From Mustelus asterias (Eukaryota), in contig NC_135813.1 of NCBI RefSeq assembly GCF_964213995.1, forward strand, positions 60,884,001 through 60,948,000: a stretch of DNA of 64,000 nucleotides, given 5' to 3'. A model generated the notes under the pieces. The model had not been told where the DNA came from and did no database searches. It worked only from the letters and a program-made list of their open reading frames with translations. The number at the start of each line of letters is the position of its first letter. Within the stretch, counting starts at the first letter, position 1. The position numbers and the translations under genes are program-made. Positions 40,056-52,095 of this stretch are shown piece by piece.

Positions 40056-40112
40056 CTGCGGAGAATGCAAGAAATGTTGCAACGAATGCAACAGCAAATG
40101 CAGGACCAGTGA
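40056..40112 (+). CDS. SEPTIN5: Septin-5 terminal coding exon (LRRMQEMLQRMQQQMQDQ*)
   Basis: ttctacag acceptor; C-terminus nearly identical to mammalian SEPT5; TGA at 40110-40112. Confidence 0.96.
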   Translation: MRRMQEMLQRMQQQMQDQ

Positions 40113-40429
40113 GTGACGGACTGACACTGAGTGAAGAACAAGTACTCACCTCTTCAGCCAAATCCAATAGGAATGAAGAAGGCTGGACAAGGCACAGGCC
40201 ACGCCTCTGGGGGAAATGCACTGTACAGAATGTGTTCCGTGTTTTCTGTTATACTCTAGAGACAGCTTAAGGGTGACCATGTGTCTGGCCTACTCTGTCT
40301 AGTGCCACCATATCATTTACATATCCTGCTTGTTTGTTTGGGTTTGTATTTAATATCTTGTCAGTACAATTGAAAGCCATTCAGCGACATATCTGCATTG
40401 GAATGCTTATGTGGAAAATACTCTTTACT

Positions 40430-40435
40430 AATAAA
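40430..40435 (+). terminator. Probable SEPTIN5 polyadenylation signal AATAAA
   Basis: Canonical hexamer about 320 nt after the stop, followed by GT/T-rich sequence at about 40460-40510. Confidence 0.6.
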
Positions 40436-40619
40436 TGTTTTCAAATTGGTCTGACTTTAGGTAGTGGGTTTTATTTAAAGGTGTTGGTGCATTATTTGGT
40501 TTGTATTCTGTCACACAATCCTCGATTTTTCTGAGCGGATTGTGGTGTTGCTCTGGGAAATTCCCAGAGAAATTACTAAAGTGACCTTTTAAGTTTTTCC
40601 TCTTGAGTTCAGCCCAATC

Positions 40620-41215
40620 TGTTGTTGCAATTATACAGGGCCTTGGTGAGGCCACACCTAGAGTATTGTGTGCAGTTTTGGTCTCTCTTTTGAGGAAGGA
40701 TGTTTTTGCTCTCAAGAGAGTGCAACGGAGGTTTATCAGGCTGATTTCAGGAATGGCGGGACTGATGTATGAGGAAAGACTGACTCGGTTAGGATTGTTT
40801 TCGCTGGAGATCAGACAAATGAGGGGGGATCTCATAGAAACTTACAAAATTCTAACAGTACTAGACAGGGTAGATGCAGGGAGGATATTCCCAATGATGG
40901 GGAAGTCCAGAACCAGGGGTCACATCTGAGGATTCAGGGTAGAACATTTAAGACAGAGGTGAGGAGACATTTTGTCACCCAAAGAGTTGTGAGCCTGTGG
41001 AATTCATTACCACAGGAAGTAATTGATGCCAAAACATTGAATGTATTCAAGAGGTGGATAGATATAGCACTTGAGGTGAATGGGATCAAAGGTTATGGGG
41101 AAAAGCAGGATTAGGCTATTGAGTTGGATGATCAGCCATGATCGTAATGAATAGTGGAGCAGGTTCGAAGGGCCCAATGGCATCCTCCTGCTCTTATCTT
41201 CTATGTTTCTATGTG
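40620..41215 (+). mobile_element. CR1 3' fragment
   Basis: RVQRRFIRLISGMAGLMYEERLTRLGLFSLE..RGDLIETYKIL. Confidence 0.85.
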
Positions 41216-42079
41216 TCTAAATAATCTCCTAACAAATTTACAGTACGAGACTGGACAAAGCACTTCCCTGGATCAGAATTGGACAAAGCTCAGGGATGGT
41301 TCAGAACTTGCCCATGGCCTGCTCCTATTATTGTGCTCTGACCGGATTGTTACTGAACCACATTTTAGCATAAGATTGAAAATGCGTTATTTGCTGTTCA
41401 GCTTAGGTTTTGTGCTTTTCACTGAAAACTCTGTCAGGTCGGTGTCTGTTGAGTGTTTCTTTGCTCTGCGCATGGCCTCTGACTCTAGTCCATTGAGATG
41501 TTTATCAAGATAAATCAAACTTAGTGTTTTCCAGATACAAGGGCCCTGAAATTATGCAGGACTTCTCCATATTTCCCTTTGAAGCTTCAGCAGAAGTCAC
41601 GAGGAAATGTTATAAATGGCGAGAAACCTCTGTTTGAATCATTTCCAAGGGGTTCTGAGGATGACCTTGCTGAAGCTACTGCAACAGAACAATTCATGTG
41701 GTGTTTGCATTGGACATGCTACAGAGATTACATTCCAAGAACACTTTCTATTAGATGAAAGGGCTCTAGGATTAATTGCATTTATGGGAGGGAACTTGCA
41801 ATAAATGCAAATTTTTTCTTTAATACAAAAAAAAACTTACCGTTTGTCATTTGAATTGCGTGTTAAGGCTAAAACCAACTGGAAAGTGAGACAATTGCCT
41901 TCAGGTAAGGCTTTGACTCGAGATTCAGGCTCTATGTTCACTACTAACCAGAATGCAAAACTCTTTCTGTTGGAGCATGAATGCACTGTAAAGGAAAATG
42001 ATTCTCCTCTGATAGAGTGTATTAGTTATTGCCTTCCCCCTCTTGATTGTGATCTTTGATCTGAACATTGATATGGTGC

Positions 42080-42400
42080 AAATAAAGACAAGCTAATCAT
42101 TCTTGGAGACTCCCAAGCAAGAGTTGGTGCAGATTGCTAGGCAGATAATGAAGTGGGGGTCATCGTAAGAACTGGTGCTGGCAATTATAACAGCAATGGT
42201 TTCCCTTGCTGCAGGGTTGAACATGAGCTGTTAATCACCAACACAGTTCTCCATCTTCCTATTCACAACAAGATGCCTTGGATGTGCCCCCATTCCATGT
42301 AGTGACATCTAATTGATTGTGTCATCAGCAAGTAGCGGGGGAGGCAAGATGTGTTTGTAATGAAAGCCATATGTGACACTAACCGCTGGGCTGATCACAA
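42080..42400 (+). mobile_element. RTE-clade LINE endonuclease remnant
   Basis: DKLIILGD..ARVG...NSNG...EHELLITNT...WMCPHS..HLIDCVI...WADH, with stops. Confidence 0.7.
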
Positions 42401-42607
42401 TTTCAAAGCTAAGCATCAGGATGTACCCCCTAGACACCGCCAGGGCATGAAACCCCGGAGGTGCCTCAGTGTCTCAAGACAAAAATAAAGGCAAAACTTC
42501 ATAATGTTATTGATTGTGCATCAAGTTACTCAGTCAAAGACCAAATTTGTCAGCCCATACTTCAGTTAGTTTAATCACATTAATCTGATTCTGTACCTCC
42601 GTATCAT

Positions 42608-43412
42608 TGATGATGAGACGGAGTACAGCAAAGAGATAGAGAATCTGGTGAACTGGTGCAACAACAATAATCTCTCCCTCAATGTCAACAAAATGGAGGA
42701 GATAGTCATTGGCTTCAGGAAGCATAGTGGAGGACATGCCGCTGTCTACATCAATCGTGATGAAGTGGAACTAGTTGAGAGCTTCAAATTTCTAGGTGTC
42801 CAGATCATCAATAACCTCTCCTGCTCCTGCAATGCTGACGCTATAGTTAAGAAAGTCCACCAACGCCTCTACTTTTTCAGGAGGCTAAGGAAATTTGGTT
42901 TGTCTGTTGTGGCTCTCACTAACCTTTACAGATCCACCATAGAAAGCATTCTTTCTGGTTGTATCACAGCTTGGTATGGCTACTGCTCGTCTAAGACTGC
43001 CAAAATCTACAAAGGGTCGTGAACGAAACCCAGTCCATCATGCAAACCATCCACCCATCCATTGACTGTGTCTATACTTCCCACTTCCTCAGAAAAGCAC
43101 CCAGCATAATCAAGGACCACACGCAACCCAGACATACTCTCTTCCACCTCCTTCCGTCGGGAAAAAGATACAGAAGTCTGAGGACATGTACCAACCGACA
43201 CAAGAACAGCTTCTTCCCTGCTGCCATCAGATTTTTGAATGGACCAACCTTGTATTAAGTTGATCTTTCTCTATACCCTAGGTATGGTGTAACATTTTAT
43301 TCTGTATTGTCTCCTTTCCTTCTCTATGTACAGTATGCTTTGTATAGTGCTCAAGAAACAATACTTTTCACTGTATACTAACAGATGTGACAATAGTAAA
43401 TCAAATTGAATC
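42608..43412 (+). mobile_element. Rex1/Babar-clade LINE 3' fragment
   Basis: WCNNNNLSLNVNK.EEIVI.FRK...VESFKFLGV...KK.HQRLYF.RRL...Y.STIESIL..CITAWYG; NSFFPAAIR; tail tgtgacaatagtaaatcaaa. Confidence 0.85.
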
Positions 43413-43689
43413 TGGAACTCAGTTGTTGTAACATGTTACTGATTTTACAATAAGTATTAAGAGAAGCCATTTATAATGGTCACAATCATGATGGCATCAT
43501 CTAGCAATCAGTTTACATTAAGCAGCCTTATATTTTAAAATTTAATGCTGTTTCATACCTAAAGACACAAGTGAAATTCTGTTACAATTTCAACTTTACT
43601 ATTAGATTTGTGGATACAGTCTAAGCTGAATCTCAAAAACATGGGCAACTGATAGAATCATGCACTGTGGAATTGCAGTATTAAAGGTA

Positions 43690-44140
43690 CACTGTCTGTG
43701 TGGAGGTTGCACATTCCCCCTGCGTCTGCTAGTGTTATCCGGGTGATCTGGTTTCCTCCCCCACAGTCCAAAGATGTGAAGGTTAGGTGGATTGGCCATG
43801 GAAAATTGCCCCTTAGTGTCCCAAGATATGTAGGTTATGGAGATCAGGGGAGGCATGTGGGGTTACAAGAGGGGTTGGAGTTTGCACATTCTCCTCGTGT
43901 CTGCGTGGGTTTGTGCCAGGTGATCTGGTTTTCTCCCACAGTCCAAAGATGTGCAGGTTAGGTGGATTGGCAATGCTAAATTGCCCCTTAGTGTCCCAGG
44001 ATGTGTAGACTAGGGGGATTATCAGGTTAGGTATGTGAGGTTACGGGAGGGGGTGGGCCTTGGTGAGATGCTCTGTTGGAGAGACGATGCAGATGCATTG
44101 GGCCGAATGGCCTCCTTCTGCACTGTAGGAATTCAATGAT
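43690..44140 (+). mobile_element. Tandem (dimeric) headless HE1-like SINE
   Basis: Core repeated at about 43690 and 43875, single tail. Confidence 0.75.
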
Positions 44141-44464
44141 TCCAGATGGCTATAGTGTGGGAAAGCGTAGCAGAGGTAGGAAGTCAACCATATTGATGGG
44201 CTGATTGGCCTACTCCTGCCCCTGGTAATGGTGTCATTCTCCAAACAGAATTAGCATTTCATTAAGATCTGCAATATACTGTAGAGAGTTGCAACTATTC
44301 AGGGATTAAGTTTAATGAGACATTTCTGTGAACTGGTGATTTCTGAAACTTGTCAGCAATTCTGTACTTATTTCAAGAATGAAATACATCATCTGTTCCC
44401 ATCAGCTGTGTCTGGTCACATAAGAAAATATAGATACCTCAGTTTGAATTGATTCTCACTTTTT

Positions 44465-45405
44465 TACAATTCCTACAAATGACTTTGATGAAGGGACCGA
44501 AGGTATGGTTGCTAAATTTGCTGATGACACAAATATCGGTAGGGAAAGTAAGTTGTGAAAAGGGCATAAAGATGCAATAAAGAGATAGGTCAAGGAAGTA
44601 GGTAAAGATCTGGCAAATGGAGTATAATATGGGCAAATGTGAAATTGTCAACTTTGGCAGGAAGAATGAAAAAGCTAATTATTTAAAAAATGAGAGATTT
44701 CATACCTCTGAGATTCAGAGGTGTCTGAATGTCCCAATGCATGAATCATGAAAGGCCAGTGTGGAGGTCTAGCAAGTCATCAAAGCTAATAGAATATTAT
44801 TGTTTATTATGAGGGAAATTGAATATAAAAGTGGGGAGGTTATACTTCAGTTGTACATGAGAGTTGACCACATCAGGAGTACTGTGTATGGTATTGGTGT
44901 CCTTACTTCAGGAAGGATATAAATGCATTAGCAGCAGTTCACAGAAGGTTTACTAGACCAGGAATGGGCAGGTTGTCTAATGAGGAAAGGTTGGGCAGGC
45001 TAGGGTTACATCCACTAGTTTCAAAGAGTAAGAGGTGATGATTAAGATTTCTAAGATCCTGAGGGATCTTGACAGAGTCAGTGTGGAGAGGATGTTTCCT
45101 CTTGTGGGAGAATCTAGAATGAGCGATCACTGTTTACAAATAAGAGGTCTCTCATCTAAGACAGAGATTAGGTGTTTTTTTCTCAGTGGGTCTTTGGCAC
45201 TCTCTTCCTCAAAGGCAGTGGAAGCAGAGTCTTTGAATATTTTTAAGGCCAAGCTAGATAGATTCTTGCTAAACAAGGGGGTAAAATGTTATAAAGGGTC
45301 AGTGGGCAGTTTCAATAAGATCAGCTATGATTTTATTGAATGGTAGAGCATGCTCAAGGAACTGGGTGGTCTACTGCTGCCTTTAATTTGTATGTTTGTA
45401 TGTTC
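44465..45405 (+). mobile_element. Decayed CR1 3' fragment
   Basis: NDFDEG...AKFADDT, IWQMEYN.GKCE, CR1 tail. Confidence 0.8.
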
Positions 45406-46596
45406 ATCAGGATAAATGTACGGTATACAATAAAACTTTGAAAGAAATGCAGTAGTTCTGTATGGAATCATATTATCATTTAAATATGTAAAAGCCCCTC
45501 AAAAGTAACACAAAACATTACTTCATGTGCTGATTTTACATACATAGTTAATAAAAATGTGCTGAATACAAACTGGATCAAGGTTTTTCTCTATGGAATA
45601 TTTTGAGAACTATCTATTTGATAAACCTGTCTCAATTTTTAAAAGCCTTCTCTCATCAAAATTTCTTGCAATTTAGCCAGAGGAAATGGACCCCGCTACA
45701 ATCTAAAATGTTAATAATGCAATAGGAAACAGGCAACAAAAGAGCAGATGTGACAAGAAGAATGATGGATTGGAGATAGAGGATCAAATGCACTAATGTT
45801 AGCTGAAACACCATTAGATGTTTTATAGGTCACAATCTAAGAGTTGGAGCCATTCTGGTCATTAAAATATTTGACCACCCACGTAATAGTGATTTCCTAA
45901 TGTTAAATGTTCTTTCGCAAGTGAAGGCAAATTCAAGGCAAGTTCGACCAGACCATTCCCATATTTTAATCTTTTGAATACCTTAATATAACCATAGGAC
46001 CATAGAAACATCATAACGCAGAGAGGAGCCATTAAGCCTGATGGGCAGGATTTTATAGCGTCGCTCATCCTAAAACCATAAAGTCCCACCTGAGGTCAAT
46101 GGACCTTCTCATTGTCCGGCCCTCACCCACTTTCATTCCCGTGGCTGGTGGGGCTGTAAAATTCCAATGAATGTGTCTGTGCTGGAAAGAAAGTGTAAAA
46201 TGAAGCTAGCCATTCATTTTTATCCCTTTTTCCAGCACCTAGTCCATAAACTTGCAGTTTACAGCACTTCAGATGCAGGTCCATGGAACTTCTAAATATG
46301 GTGAGCATTTCAGCCTCAACCACCAATTAGGCAGTGAATTCCAGACACCCACCATCCTCTGGGTGAAAACCTTTCTCCTCATGTCCATCTAACCCTTCTG
46401 CCAGTCACCTTAAATCTATGTCCCTGGTAATTGACCCCTCAATTAGGTGGAAACAAGTCTTTCCTGTGTACCTTATTTAGGCCCCTCAAAATTTTGTATA
46501 CTAGAGAGAAGCGGCACAGAGCAGATATGAAATGGAAATTCCAGTCTGATTACCAACACTTTCAGCGAGGCACCACCCGGTCAATCAAAAGCCAAT

Positions 46597-46802
46597 ATGC
46601 CCTGCAAGCTGGTCCTAAGTCCTGAAGTGGTAAGGAGATGATCACAAACCAAATGTACTGTCCTACCTGCAGCTCAACCAAAAAGGCACCAGTCAAGAAA
46701 GCCAAGAAACCAAAACCAGACGTCACTAAAGGGAATGTGAGTGATTCGAGCCAGGATCGTAATGGTATCCCTGCCCAAAATGGGGAAAATAAAGAGGCAT
46801 GA
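46597..46802 (+). pseudogene. HMGN-like (HMG-14/17) intronless retrocopy
   Basis: MPCK LVLSPEVVRR*SQTKCTVLPAAQP(fs)KKAPVKKAKKPKPDVTKGNVSDSSQDRNGIPAQNGENKEA*; MP(R)K start, RR(R)S core, PKKAP and PAxNGE motifs; one stop and one -1 frameshift. Confidence 0.6.
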
Positions 46803-46869
46803 GAATTGAAGAATACTGATGGTAAAAATCTTGACCAAGTCTGGAGAGCTTGCCAATTTCCTCTCACTT

Positions 46870-47300
46870 GTATAATTGGGAAAGTGGCAGAAGTGGGTTG
46901 TGCAGGGTATGGAGAATATGAGGTTGGAAGCTGGGGAGAGAATATCTCCAGAGGAGATGAGGTCAGGGACAGTCCTGGAAACAATGGCCTGATGTATGCT
47001 GGTGAGGTCAGGGTTCAGGAGAAGGTAGGAGGAAGTGTCTCAGAGTTGGCTCTCTGCCTCAGCAAGATAGAGATCTGTATGCCAGACAACAACAGCATCA
47101 TCCTTGTCAGAATGTTTGACAGCGAAGTCAGGGTTGGACTTGAGAGAATGGAATGTAGCAAGTTCAGGAGGAGACCGGTTGGAGTGGCTGAGAGGAATAG
47201 AGTAATTGAGATGGTCAAGGTTAGACCACAGTTCTCAAGGAAAAGATCAAGAACAGGTAGGAGGCCAGAAGGAGGGTAGAGCTGGAAAAAATTGAACTTC
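46870..47300 (-). mobile_element. Penelope-like RT N-terminal fragment
   Basis: PPSGLLPVLDLFLENC...LKSNPDFAVKHSDKDDAVVVWHTDLYLAEAESQL (decayed DKG motif). Confidence 0.75.
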
Positions 47301-47739
47301 AAGAAAGGCAGAAAAATTACCCGTGATACCATAAACACATATACGCATCTATGCTTCCTTGTCTCTTGGTGCACTGATGTTTCACCAAGTAAATTAAAGT
47401 AAATCCTTACTTCTACTATAGTTTTGTTTCAATTTCCGTCTACACTTTGTCCTGTAAATCATCCGAAAAGTGGAGTTGAATAGTTTAGTTGATATGAATA
47501 TATGATCATGTAAACTGGCCCTTATATTTAGTTTGTACTTGGGCAAAGGCAACTTTCTCCACTATTAAATTTATGGCATTTCCAAAAATCTCAGCCTCTA
47601 CCATCCATTCTTTATACGGTGTTTATGTCGTGTCAGACTCATCACATTATGGTTATTGCAAGCAGTTATGTAAACATATTCATGAATGCTTGGATGGGAA
47701 TTCTCAATATTTGATCATTGTATCAAATTAGTCAAGCTC

Positions 47740-48400
47740 TATAGTGAAAGTTGGCATACAGGTACTGCAAGCAATTCAGAAGGCAAATGGCACTTTGACC
47801 TTTATTGCAAGGGATTGGAGGACAAGAATAAGACAGTCTTGCTACAATTGTACAGGGGTTAGGTTTACCACACCTGGAGTCCTATGTTCAATTTTGCTCT
47901 CCAGGGATATGCTTGCCCAGGAGACTGCGCAAAGAAGGTTCACTAAATTTGTTCCTGGGTTAAGAAGGTAGTCCTGTCATGTGAGGTTGAGTAAATTGGA
48001 ATTATATGCACTGAGGTTTAGAAGACTGAGAGGTAATCTCATTGAAACATAGAAGGTTCTCAAGGGGTTTGAGATGGTAGGCACTAAGAGGTTGTTAACC
48101 TGGCTGGGAAATATAGAACATGAGGATGTAGTTATAGGATAAGGGTACAATCATTTCAGATTGCAATGAGGCAAAATTCCTTCACTCACAGGGTCGTGAA
48201 TCTTTAGAATTCTTTAACCCATTGGGCCTTGGACATCCCATTGTCAAATATCTTTAAGGCTGGGATCGACAAATGTTTGGTCACTCAGGGAATTGAGTGA
48301 TATGGAGATCAGCTGGCAAAATTGAGTAGAGTCAGAAGATCAGGAATTACCCAAAAGAATGGTGGAGCAGTCTCCAAGGGGAGTATGGTATATCCCTAGT
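47740..48400 (+). mobile_element. Decayed CR1 3' fragment
   Basis: QVLQAIQKANGTLTFIAR...QRRFTKFVPG. Confidence 0.75.
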
Positions 48401-49835
48401 TCCTTTCAGTGCATTCTACCATTTACCATTGTCTGATTTCACCTTTCTGTAACTTTTATTCCTTAATCAATGGCTAAAATACTGGTCACGTTCCATTTTC
48501 TTTCATACTATTCATTCACAGGATATGGGCACCCCTGGCAAGGTTGCCATTTATTGCCCATTCCTAATTGCTCTGTAGAAAGTAGTGATGAGCTGTCTTC
48601 TTAAACTGTTGGTGTCTATGTGGCGTAGGCACACACAGAGTGCTGGAAGAGAATTTTTATTCAACTTTTCTGAAGTGGTTTTATGCAACTGGCTTGATTG
48701 GCCATTTCAGAAGACTCTGGGTCTGGATTTATATGGCATGTAGTGTAAGGACGTCAGATATCCTTCCAGGATATTGTTGAAGATCATTAGTGAACTAGGG
48801 TGGAGTAGACACTGAACACAACCATTGTGGCTAGCAGAGCAAATCAGAGACTCCTGCAGTGAGTAACACATCTCCTGACTTCTCAAAGCCTGTCCACCAT
48901 CTACAAGGTGCAAGTCAAGCACTTGAAGGAATTATCCCAAAAGGACTCAAGAAGCTCAATACCATCCAGGACAAACCAGCGCACTTGATTGGCACCCCAT
49001 CCACCACTTACAACATTTACTCCCTCCACCACTGGTGCAGTGGGAGCAGCAGCTGCCATTTGCGAGATGCGCTGCAGCAACTCACCAAAGTCTTTTGGAC
49101 AGCAGCTTCCAAATCCATGACTTCTACCACCTAGAAGGACAAAGGCAGCAGATACATGGGAACACCACAATGTGCAAGTTACCTTCCAAGGCACACACCT
49201 TGGAAATATAGCGCTGTTCCTTCATAGTCAAAATCCTGGAAATCCCTCCTGAACAACACGAAGAGACCGACATCACATGCACTGCAGCTGACCATCCTCA
49301 CCAACACCTTCTCAAGGGCAATTAAGGATGGACAATAAATGCTGGCCTAGCCAGTGATGTCCACATCCTGTAAAATAATGAAAAAATATAATGGCAGAAG
49401 GAGATGTGGTTTTGTCAGCAGGCTTGGTGTATCTGCTCAGGAGAGCCTCGGGTCAGACCATTCGAAGGTTTGAGTGGGACACGCAATTGGAAAATGTGCA
49501 TTGTTTGAAAGTAACTGTAACTAACAGACAGACAGGGAACCTGTGTACTCAAGTGACAGTGGCAGGTTGATCTCCAAGAGACATTTTTTTTTTGAAAACT
49601 TGTATCCCAGATTTACTAATTACATCTAAATCCGCCCAGCTGCCGCGGTGAGATTTGAGTTCATGTCGTCTGAACATTCAAACAGGTTTTTGGATTACCA
49701 GTCCAGTGACATTGCGACTCTGCTGCGGAGGAGGGGCACTACAAATCCAGCATTAGAGTAACAACAGGGACAATTGCTGCCAGTTTTTTTTTGTAAAGAT
49801 CTGAAACTTACTTGCTATGCTCCCTCGTCGTGCTG

Positions 49836-49938
49836 AGATAAGATGCAATTCCAAGAGGGTGTCAGAGATAACCCGGAAAAAATGACGCCAACTCATCAAC
49901 AGTGGCCGGATATACTGTGCACCCGACCAAACCGATAA
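49836..49938. promoter_or_regulatory. GATA/ETS motif cluster upstream of GP1BB (candidate thrombocyte enhancer)
   Basis: AGATAA 49836 and 49866, CCGGAA 49873, CCGGAT 49906, CGATAA 49933 within about 100 bp of apparently non-repeat DNA. Confidence 0.45.
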
Positions 49939-50939
49939 GCCTGTTTTGAGAAAAGGACGTGACTGCCTGAAGGAGCTTCACATCGTTTGCTGCAGGCCAT
50001 TGTGTCAGCACCAAGATTAAAACGACTAGGGGAAAAAAAAGGAAAAAAAATAAGACGTTGACGTCCAATTCAGTAAGAAAGGAGTACTAAAGGAGGTAAA
50101 TGTCTCATAAATAAAAACGAGAAAATGCTCAGCAGTTCAGGCGGCATCTGTGGAGAGGAGAACAGCTAGCTTTCACTTCGATGACGTTATATTATCAAGC
50201 CGAAACGGTAATTATGCTTCTCAGTAGAATGTTAGCTGGCCGACTGATTGTACCGAACTCTTCTATTCTTAATTGCGGATTTTTACTATGTACGGTATTT
50301 TGCTGTTATTAAAAGAGTTCGCAGTTTCGTTGTTGGATCAGATAATGAGTTAGAATGAGATACAGCATTATAGTATAAAATAATGCATTTTGGAAATTGC
50401 AAGCAATGATGGAGGCAACTTCAAAGATTTACAAGTTAGGTGAATTTGCCATGCTATATTTCCCCTTAGTGTCCCAAGATGTATTGGTTAGGTGGATTAG
50501 CCATGGTAAATGTGCAGAGTTACGGGATAAGGGGGGGAGGTGGGCGGGGTTAATGGAAAAATACTGCGGATGCTGGAATCTGAAACAAAACAGAAAATGC
50601 TGGAAAAAACTCATCAGGTCTGACAGCATCTGTGGTGAGAGAATAGAGCTAATGTTTCGAGTCTGGATGGCCCGACATTCAGACTCGAAGCGTTGGCTCT
50701 ATCCTCTCTCCAATACTCTAATACTGGTTCTAATACTCTTTGATGCTGACTCGCGTTGTTCGGAATTATTATCGGGACAAATTAATCCATAAATTTTAAC
50801 TAACCAAACTATTATGGCCCCTTCTGCACTGTAAGGATTATATGCCTATAACTAAAATGGTTAATAATTACAGAACTCAATAATCCATTGGCAAGTTTCT
50901 GTTGTGACTCGTTGCTCTGCTCCAGCGCATTCTCTGTGT

Positions 50940-51073
50940 AAGTTTTAACACGATAAAGGGCTGGGTCTGCTTATATCAGCCAACGGCTGGTCTGTGCTTA
51001 ATCCGATCCCTTTATCAGCTGGGACAGAGACCCATCTCTTCGTCAGACGTAGTCACTCAAAATTGAAAAAAAG
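50940..51073 (+). promoter_or_regulatory. GP1BB: Probable GP1BB promoter and short non-coding exon 1
   Basis: CGATAA 50951, TTATCA 51012; donor AAG|GTGAAG at 51073/4; matching acceptor (CTAAC branch 51481, ttattccag ending 51504) 3 nt before the ATG. Confidence 0.5.
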
Positions 51074-51507
51074 GTGAAGAAGTTATGTGAATTAGATCAA
51101 TTTAAAATACTTGTGTCCGAAGATTGGATGTGAACTTGATCTCCCCTTAATTCAACTAATAGGAATAGGGGTTATAGTGAAGGGTGATCGATTGGCAGAA
51201 ACTGAAGGGAACTGAGGCATTAATCCTAATAAATACCATCGCATGTGACATTTGGTCCATCTATTCTGGGATATTTTATGGCAGGTCTGAAAAAAAATAC
51301 CATCTTGGTTTGTCGTAACGATAAGGGAAACATGATTGGCAAGGACATATAAAAATGGAATAAAGTGTTGGATGAAATGGATTGTTCTTGATTGTATCCC
51401 GTTTGTGATATTTCTTGTGAAATTAAAAGTCAGCAAAAGGGATTAGCATATTCAAAGGAATACAACCACAATTCTTCGAGCTAACCCTGCGAACTTTATT
51501 CCAGATT

Positions 51508-52095
51508 ATGTCACTGCTGAGACACAAAGGAGTTCTCCTTGTGTTTCTGTCCTTAGTCCAAGTGGCGGCTTTCCAATGCTCGCAAACATGTAACTGTTCC
51601 CGGACCTCTATGGACTGCAGCGATCGGGACCTGGATGAGAGCACAGTGCCCAAGCACATTGAGGCCGCCATTACCGTCATCAAATTGAACAACAACAGAT
51701 TATCTTCCATCCCCAATGGCCTCTTTGACAACCTGCAAAACCTGAGATCAGTTACATTGGAAAATAACCCATGGGTATGCGATTGCAACATTTTGTACCT
51801 GAGATCCTGGCTTCTCAAACAGGAAGTTCGAACCCAGTACAAGAACCTAAGGTGCTCGTCGCCGGCGGAGCTCCAGGGGAGGCTGATCTTATATCTAACG
51901 GAGAATGAAGTTGCCTCCAGTTGCAAGGATTGGTATTGTGACATGGCTTTGATGTGCCAGATCGGGCTTTTCGTCTTCATTATCATTCAGGCCATTCTTC
52001 TGATACTTGTAATAATATTTCTGAGAAGATTTGAAACATTTTCGAAGGAGGCAATCCGAGCTCCCAAAGAAGATCATTTTCGGAATGCGATGTGA
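51508..52095 (+). CDS. GP1BB: Platelet/thrombocyte glycoprotein Ib beta chain (195 aa)
   Basis: Signal peptide, LRRNT CxxxCxCx6C, one LRR, LRRCT NPWVCDC..LRSWL..Y.NLRC..PAELQGRLILYL, juxtamembrane Cys, TM helix, LRR stop-transfer; directly downstream of SEPT5 as in mammals. Confidence 0.93.
   Translation: MSLLRHKGVLLVFLSLVQVAAFQCSQTCNCSRTSMDCSDRDLDESTVPKHIEAAITVIKLNNNRLSSIPNGLFDNLQNLRSVTLENNPWVCDCNILYLRSWLLKQEVRTQYKNLRCSSPAELQGRLILYLTENEVASSCKDWYCDMALMCQIGLFVFIIIQAILLILVIIFLRRFETFSKEAIRAPKEDHFRNAM

Noticed and set aside
4598-40112. SEPT4, SEPT1 or SEPT2 identity
   Set aside because: KLTQD..ESP linker, MQDQ* end and GP1BB adjacency are SEPT5-type
51423-51986. 187-aa antisense ORF over GP1BB and the many 60-160 aa ORFs elsewhere
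   Set aside because: Shadow frames of real CDS or repeat-derived; no recognisable domains
51508-52095. GP9 or a generic LRR protein instead of GP1BB
   Set aside because: GRLILYL..E motif, unpaired juxtamembrane Cys and position after SEPT5 favour GP1BB
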